Assembly (NCBI GenBank): GCA_014728035.1
Contig: WJMJ01000123.1
Location: 40,299-104,298, forward strand
Length of the DNA stretch: 64,000 bases
Reading direction: 5' to 3'
Source: Promethearchaeota archaeon
Lineage (GTDB): Archaea > Asgardarchaeota > Thorarchaeia > Thorarchaeales > Thorarchaeaceae
Under the pieces are notes generated by a model. That model made no database searches. It saw only the letters and a program-made list of their open reading frames with translations, and was not told the DNA's origin. The position numbers were made by a program, and so were the translations under genes. Below are positions 58,311 to 64,000 of this stretch, piece after piece. Every line of letters starts with the position of its first letter. Position 1 is the stretch's first letter.

Positions 58311-59459
58311 TCAGTAGGTCAGCTTGATATCATACTCACTAGCTTTAGTAGCTATATAGTTCATGTATGTATTTCGCAGTTCAGCAATTGGTAGGCCAAA
58401 AGCCTTGAATGCTTCCAATTCTCCCTTTCGCTTCTTCTTGAGTAGGGTTTCATTTTCTTTTTTCAATACTGGATCTTCACAAATTGCAGGTATATTTTGA
58501 TTTTGTTTCGCACATTTGATGTCCGATTTTGACATATCTTCAAGTGTGTGTTCTATATCTTGAAGAATACCATCTTGGGACCAGAAGTCATCAGCTGTAA
58601 GACCAAGAAAAATGGATTCAGGAGCTGCTAATCCTTGGATATTTGCTAACTCGATTGAATTGCTCTTTATTGTTGAGAATATTCTCAACGACCATGGGGA
58701 CATGTCAACCAATACAAGAATGGGGACCTCATTGTCAGAAAGTCGTTTGATCCATGCTCTCATATTTCTTCCCGGTTGACCAAATAGTGCTCCTACTCCA
58801 ATCTTCATGTCTTCAGGAAGACCTAATTCAATTAGGTTTCTAGCCATCGCTTCTTTTTCCACAAACACTGCTGCATCAATATTAATCTCATGTATCTTCA
58901 CATCGAAAGGTCTTGAAGAAATGAACCAACCATATTCGCCTGCATAATCACATCGCAAACGTTTTCCTGAGAGGTCTGTAAGCGAAACATCACCATAAAA
59001 TGTACCTTTTGGAGAGCTTACCACACCAAATTCTTCGCGCGGGATTGATGAACCTCGAAGTCGTAAGATTCGTTCACAGAGATTTATCAACCGATTTGTT
59101 TCATTCTGATTATCTACTTTCAGAATCTTTTGGACTTCTTTGACCTTATGCATATAGTAGAAGTCTCGTAGGCTCATTGACATGCCTTGGTCAAGATGTT
59201 CTCTAAATCTAGTCAATCCATAAACAAGACCAGCAATAGTCTTTGCGCTCTTAACTTTGCGTCCATCAAGAAATGATGCTTTCTCATCTATCGGTGTGTA
59301 TCCAGTTTTGGCCAAGTATTCCACATTCTTCTTGGATGAACCATAATATCCAATTTCTGGAAACATTCCTTCTTCAATTGTATCCGCAATTGTATCAATC
59401 ACATTATCAATGAGTTGGATTACTTCTGAATTCGTCACATCATGTATTCTTTCAGTCAT
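58311..59459 (-). CDS. top6A: DNA topoisomerase VI subunit A (Spo11-like), divergent
   Basis: Catalytic SLRDFYY, Toprim VEKEA, GQP, DMSP in place of DxDP, KGELEA. Follows top6B. Confidence 0.8.
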   Translation of the reverse strand: MTERIHDVTNSEVIQLIDNVIDTIADTIEEGMFPEIGYYGSSKKNVEYLAKTGYTPIDEKASFLDGRKVKSAKTIAGLVYGLTRFREHLDQGMSMSLRDFYYMHKVKEVQKILKVDNQNETNRLINLCERILRLRGSSIPREEFGVVSSPKGTFYGDVSLTDLSGKRLRCDYAGEYGWFISSRPFDVKIHEINIDAAVFVEKEAMARNLIELGLPEDMKIGVGALFGQPGRNMRAWIKRLSDNEVPILVLVDMSPWSLRIFSTIKSNSIELANIQGLAAPESIFLGLTADDFWSQDGILQDIEHTLEDMSKSDIKCAKQNQNIPAICEDPVLKKENETLLKKKRKGELEAFKAFGLPIAELRNTYMNYIATKASEYDIKLTY

Positions 59460-59465
59460 AAGACT

Positions 59466-60995
59466 TCATCTCTCCTTTTCAAATAGAACAGTATGAGTAA
59501 TCTTGCGACCAGTAGCAGCTGAAAGTGTTTCAGCAAGAAATTCATAGTAATTTTGTAGCTTGTTCTCTCGTCTAGCTTTTCTTTTTGCTCTGTTCTTTTT
59601 TCGAACTCCTTCAGATATCCTTCTAAGGCATTCTTTGAAACCAAGATCTACTTCACGACGGACTGCGTCGACATCTCCAATGAATTCTTTTCCAACTGTT
59701 TTGTAAGGTACCTTTGTTGAACAAATGTGAGTTAGAAATACAAGGGGGTCTTCTGATTTCAAATCATAATGTTTGAGATGAAGGTCTCGAATGACTCTAC
59801 TTGATACATCGGACCTTTCATCGTAAAGCAACGGAATTCTGTTTGCAAAACGAAATAGACTGATTCCTGGTGAGAGGTTTCCTCCGTAAGCTATTGCGGT
59901 TTCGATGATAAAAGGATGTCCTTCATACACACTTGGTGATCTTGTGGTTACAGCCACAAACTCTGGTTCCAATCTCCTTAGTCCCGCCTCAATAACGTCC
60001 TCTCCCGCAGGAGATAGCGATTTAGGAGACGGTGGTAGGAATTTATCATAAGATGACATCGCATTCATGAGTTCCACTAACTCTTCACGATTCAGTGTTT
60101 TTGGTGAGGTGTCTGCGTCAAAACCTGCATATTCGAGAAATGCATGTGCTATCGTCTTTCCTACTCGCTGAAATGCACGATTGAAGAATTTTGCGAGTGT
60201 TCTTTTACTCGTCTTACGAATCATCTGTTTAAGCATCTCAACATCTATTCCCTCTGGATGGGGCTTCATATCCTTGGGTTGTTTTGGCAAGGTTTCAATT
60301 ATCCTGTGAAAAGTCAGCTTTTCTCCATCTGGGTTTTTGAACTCAATATCAGCATATGGAACAATAATACTGGTCTGTGTGAAATAATCTGCAATTCTGG
60401 TCTTACTTCTTAACCAATCACCTTGCAATGAGAATTCTACAGTAGTACCATGTACACTCGGGTTTTTTGAATATGTTTGCTCCTCAATAATCCTTGGTTT
60501 GTTCTTTTCTATATCCAATCTCATTACAAGCTCATGTTGAACATCTTGGCCTTCCAAGGCGGTGAGTATTCTTATTGGTTTTTGAGTTGTGACTTGCCCA
60601 TAAAGAAGAGCTAGACTTCCTCCAAGTCCAAAAGTACCTCGATTTTGTCGAAGCATGAATTTTGTTCCTGTAAGCATTTTACCAATTAATTTTGGTACCT
60701 TATCCTTTGGAATTCCTCCCCCATTATCAACGACTTTGAGTTTGAATTCTTCTGGTCCTGCAGAAAACAAATCAGCTGAATCCGATTGCTTCGATGTTCG
60801 AGAGAGAGTAACTGATACATCTGGTAGATACCCTGCTTCTTCGCTAGCATCAAGACTGTTTTCCACCAGTTCGCGAATAGATACGTAGAGGGATCGTGCA
60901 GGATTGTCAAAGCCTGCGATGGTACGATTTCTGTAGAACCATGCTGAAACTGATAGTTCAACTACATCCGTTTCGATTGGTTTGATGCTTTGCAA
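59466..60995 (-). CDS. top6B: DNA topoisomerase VI subunit B
   Basis: ELVENSLDA, DNGGG, RGTFGLG, HGT, RFANRIPLLY, STKVPYKTVGKE. Confidence 0.95.
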   Translation of the reverse strand: MQSIKPIETDVVELSVSAWFYRNRTIAGFDNPARSLYVSIRELVENSLDASEEAGYLPDVSVTLSRTSKQSDSADLFSAGPEEFKLKVVDNGGGIPKDKVPKLIGKMLTGTKFMLRQNRGTFGLGGSLALLYGQVTTQKPIRILTALEGQDVQHELVMRLDIEKNKPRIIEEQTYSKNPSVHGTTVEFSLQGDWLRSKTRIADYFTQTSIIVPYADIEFKNPDGEKLTFHRIIETLPKQPKDMKPHPEGIDVEMLKQMIRKTSKRTLAKFFNRAFQRVGKTIAHAFLEYAGFDADTSPKTLNREELVELMNAMSSYDKFLPPSPKSLSPAGEDVIEAGLRRLEPEFVAVTTRSPSVYEGHPFIIETAIAYGGNLSPGISLFRFANRIPLLYDERSDVSSRVIRDLHLKHYDLKSEDPLVFLTHICSTKVPYKTVGKEFIGDVDAVRREVDLGFKECLRRISEGVRKKNRAKRKARRENKLQNYYEFLAETLSAATGRKITHTVLFEKER

Positions 60996-61067
60996 TCTGA
61001 ATTACTCCTTCAATTCTCAATTGAAGGAACATATTCCTAGACTATCAACGAGTGTATTACTAGCAGA

Positions 61068-61988
61068 TTACATAGCAAGGAACAATGGAATTACAGTATA
61101 ACCAACAATTAGGAGGACAAGTAGACATATTGTCAGCACGCCCCAGACCATTTTGTCCCAGGCCATTACAGTAGCACCATCAAATGGTTGAAACGGAATC
61201 ATGTTGAACAGACCTAAGAATGCATTGAGTATTATACCGTACTGTGCCAAATTTAATATTACAAAACCTATTGTGCCAGCACCTGCGATTGGACCTCCAA
61301 GTATCAATCTGTATATAATAAGACCTCCAATTAAGACTGATGCTAGTATAAAATTAGATAATGGTCCTGCAAGATTTGTCTTAGCATCTTCTTCTTGTGA
61401 GCCAGTTCCACTCGAAAGAACAACACCCGTTCCTACAATTGGAACTGAAGCTAAGATTGAAAAAACAGAGATAATGTAACCTGTTGGTAACATGCGGAAC
61501 TCACTCCACATACCATATCTTTGAGCAGTGAATTTGTGAGCTAGCTCGTGAATCAAGAATGAACTTACAAATATACCGATCATTGCTAATGGGAACCAAC
61601 CAAATCCTGCATTGATATACACAACAAGATTACTCAAAGCTGGAATTATACCTTGAAAGGGTGCCATCAAAGCTAGTCCCACCAACGCAACCAGTATAGT
61701 TGCAATACTAAGGTCTCGAATCTCTGTTTGAGAAAATCTGTATTTGCTTCTTCGAGACGCACGAGTCTTCTTCTTTTTCCTTCCGAATCTACTTTTACTT
61801 GAATCATCTTCTTGATAGTATTGTCCACTAAAACTCTGAGCAATCTTTCTCCTAGCATCATCTTTGGCGAGCTGTAATGCTGGACATCCATGACTCTCTG
61901 GAAGTCTGTGTTCTGAGCAATATACTGATTTGCAGTACGGGCAAGTGAAACAGAGATCTTCTGCTCCGCAAAGTGAACAATTCGCCAT
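61068..61988 (-). CDS. AN1-type zinc finger fused to M50 (site-2) metallopeptidase
   Basis: CSLC..CPYCKSVYCSEHRLPESHGC; HELAH, AGPLSN, NMIPFQPFDG. Confidence 0.85.
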   Translation of the reverse strand: MANCSLCGAEDLCFTCPYCKSVYCSEHRLPESHGCPALQLAKDDARRKIAQSFSGQYYQEDDSSKSRFGRKKKKTRASRRSKYRFSQTEIRDLSIATILVALVGLALMAPFQGIIPALSNLVVYINAGFGWFPLAMIGIFVSSFLIHELAHKFTAQRYGMWSEFRMLPTGYIISVFSILASVPIVGTGVVLSSGTGSQEEDAKTNLAGPLSNFILASVLIGGLIIYRLILGGPIAGAGTIGFVILNLAQYGIILNAFLGLFNMIPFQPFDGATVMAWDKMVWGVLTICLLVLLIVGYTVIPLFLAM

Positions 61989-62122
61989 TTTGTGTATCTC
62001 CATATTTAATATTGGATTAATGCGGAATTGGATTAGACTTTCTTAAGCATATTCCTCGTGGTAAATTCAAGAAATAGGTAAATACAAACCCTTAAGAGTG
62101 AACTTCCTAGCGCGGCATTGTC

Positions 62123-63577
62123 TTGGAAACTCTTTTGGAGAGAACCCATTTGCAATATGATGTCGCTATCGTTGGGAGTGGTCCTGCAGGAATCTTTTGT
62201 GCTTTGGAATTGATTGAGAAGAAACCCGATCTTAAAATCGTCATCATTGAGAAAGGGAAAAGCATCTCAAAACGTCATTGTCCTAATACTACAGCTGCTC
62301 GCGGTTGCAAAAAATGCAACCCATGTTCCATTTTAGCTGGATGGGGTGGAGCTGGAGCTTTCTCAGATGGCAAACTGACCATCTCAACTGAAGTAGGTGG
62401 TTGGCTTGATGAATTCATTGGTGCTGACAGATTAATGAATCTAATCAAGTATGTTGATCAAGTGTACATGAATTATGGTGCACCTACGAAAATATACGGA
62501 GAGGACAGAGATGCTACAGAAGAATACATGAGAAAAGCAGCTCTGGTTGGTATGCAGCTCATCCCTCAGCAAGTACGACATATGGGTAGGGAAGGATGCA
62601 TTGACGTGATGGGCTCGATGTACAAACATATCCTTGCTAATTCAGAAGTGCGTTTCACCACAGAAGCTGAAGATATCCATGTGAATGAAGGTACAGTAAC
62701 TGGTCTTCATACTAATAAAGGTGAATTAATCAAGGCAAGGTATGTTGTTGCTGCACCTGGCAGAATCGGAAATGAATGGCTCTCAACACAGGCAACACGT
62801 CTTAATCTTGATACAGAGAATAATTATGTCGATATTGGTGTAAGAGTTGAAATTCCTGCTCCGGTAATGACTGATATTGCAGAAGCCCTATATGAACCTA
62901 AATTAGTCTATTATTCTCAACGTTTCGATGATAAGGTTCGTTTGTTCTGTTTCAATCCTGGTGGTGTAGTGACCAGCGAGTATTACGATGAGATACTTAC
63001 TGTAAATGGCCAATCCTTCGCTCATAAAAAGACGCAGAACACAAACTTTGCGTTATTAGTATCTACAAGATTTACAGCACCATTTAAGGAACCAATTGCT
63101 TATGGACAACACATTGCAAGACTTGCTAACATGCTTGGTGATGGAGTGATTGTGCAACGATTAGCAGATCTTCAAAGAGGAAAACGAAGCACAAAGGACC
63201 GAATTAGTCGAAGTCCTGTAAAGCCAACCCTTCCAAGTTCTAGTCCAGGAGACCTTAGTTTTGCATTGCCTTATCGCCATCTCAGCTCGATTATGGAAAT
63301 GTTAGAAGCTCTAGACAAATTGTGTCCAGGCGTGAATGGACCGGGAACTCTTCTATATGGTGTTGAAGTCAAATTCTATTCTTCTCGGCTCAAATTAAAA
63401 CAAAGTCTCGAAACTCAAATCGATAATCTCTATGCTGCTGGTGACGGTGCGGGTATTACCAGAGGTCTCATGCAGGCATCCGTATCTGGTGTTATGATTG
63501 CCCGTGATATTCTTATAAAAGAAGGAATTGATGTGGAGCTCCCGAATGGCGAACGACCAAATGGACATAACAGCTAG
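62123..63577 (+). CDS. NAD(P)/FAD-dependent oxidoreductase (COG2509-like)
   Basis: GSGPAG, GWGGAGAFSDGKL, DIGVRVE, EVKFYS, GDGAG.TRG. Confidence 0.88.
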   Translation: METLLERTHLQYDVAIVGSGPAGIFCALELIEKKPDLKIVIIEKGKSISKRHCPNTTAARGCKKCNPCSILAGWGGAGAFSDGKLTISTEVGGWLDEFIGADRLMNLIKYVDQVYMNYGAPTKIYGEDRDATEEYMRKAALVGMQLIPQQVRHMGREGCIDVMGSMYKHILANSEVRFTTEAEDIHVNEGTVTGLHTNKGELIKARYVVAAPGRIGNEWLSTQATRLNLDTENNYVDIGVRVEIPAPVMTDIAEALYEPKLVYYSQRFDDKVRLFCFNPGGVVTSEYYDEILTVNGQSFAHKKTQNTNFALLVSTRFTAPFKEPIAYGQHIARLANMLGDGVIVQRLADLQRGKRSTKDRISRSPVKPTLPSSSPGDLSFALPYRHLSSIMEMLEALDKLCPGVNGPGTLLYGVEVKFYSSRLKLKQSLETQIDNLYAAGDGAGITRGLMQASVSGVMIARDILIKEGIDVELPNGERPNGHNS

Positions 63578-63585
63578 GAGACAAA

Positions 63586-63711
63586 TTTTATAAGCACTAA
63601 TACACCTTTTAGTCCCATGGGACCAAAAAGTCCCATGCTAACAACACGTACTAGAAGCCCAACTGGTGACTCAAAGGGCGGATACCCGCCCTGGGCTTCC
63701 CTAGTAGGAGG
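63586..63711 (+). promoter_or_regulatory. TATA box, palindromic operator candidate and structured 5' leader of the Hsp20-like gene
   Basis: ttttataa (63586); gtcccatgggac (63612-63623); stem tactag-aagccc/gggctt-cc-ctagta enclosing agggcgg-atac-ccgccct; GGAGG at 63707. Confidence 0.55.
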
Positions 63712-63722
63712 ATGCCCACAAA

Positions 63723-64000
63723 ATGATAGATGATGATTTCGACAAAATGATACGCCAAATGTTCGAGCAATTCTTTGGAGGTACTCTAAGTCCTAATGGA
63801 ACAGGTAGTAATACCATGCGATTCAAAGTATCCCAAAATCCTGGATCAAGCAGAGAACCAGAAACACATACTGGTCCTTTTCTGGAAAAGATTGATCTTG
63901 GAAATGAAATCTTGATAGTAGTTGACACTATAGCAGGAGAACCGATGGTCAAAGTAGAAGGTAGAGAAGTGACCATTTCATCACCATTAGATAACAAACC
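63723..64000 (+). CDS. Hsp20/alpha-crystallin-like protein, 3'-truncated (not in the ORF track)
   Basis: MIDDDFDKMIRQMFEQFFGG...PFLEKIDLGNEILIVVDT...VKVEGREVTI; open to the window end. Confidence 0.6.
   Translation, partial: MIDDDFDKMIRQMFEQFFGGTLSPNGTGSNTMRFKVSQNPGSSREPETHTGPFLEKIDLGNEILIVVDTIAGEPMVKVEGREVTISSPLDNK

Noticed and set aside
59456-59644. Frameshifted N-terminal extension of top6A
   Set aside because: It is in a different frame inside top6B, and top6A has its own RBS (GGAG) and ATG.
63649-63706. SECIS element, tRNA or a known riboswitch
   Set aside because: No cloverleaf or recognisable consensus, and I saw no in-frame TGA-interrupted selenoprotein candidate in the window.
348-63997. 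Numerous 60-140-aa ORFs antisense to or nested within long genes (e.g. 3199-3591, 25819-26208, 40243-40659, 63701-63997)
   Set aside because: Shadow ORFs of well-supported genes, with no motifs or RBS.

Overview
This is a gene-dense, AT-rich archaeal chromosomal segment with about 70 CDS. I found no rRNA, tRNA, CRISPR array or recognisable mobile element. Gene content points to an Asgard archaeon, most plausibly Thorarchaeia (inference). The markers are a Mer reductase, topoisomerase VI, NreA, EndoQ, an LRR protein, a roadblock/LC7 protein, longin-domain proteins, full-length RPB5-type RNA polymerase subunits and split Alg14/Alg13. Main blocks: transporters and hypotheticals (1-7.7 kb); an ASH/Ski2-like helicase; C1/redox and DNA-repair genes (12-21 kb); a tandem pair of eukaryote-type RPB5 genes (27.3-28.5 kb); a sulfotransferase/glycosyltransferase region (31.6-45.7 kb); a tandem pair of longin + winged-helix proteins resembling the GATOR1 subunits NPRL2/NPRL3, next to a roadblock-nifB-like operon (53.4-56.4 kb); and a top6B-top6A cluster with two uncharacterised followers. 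Two genes missing from the ORF track were read directly from the DNA: a 41-aa desulforedoxin-like protein and a truncated Hsp20-like gene with a structured leader. All family calls come from motif recognition by eye; no database search was run.
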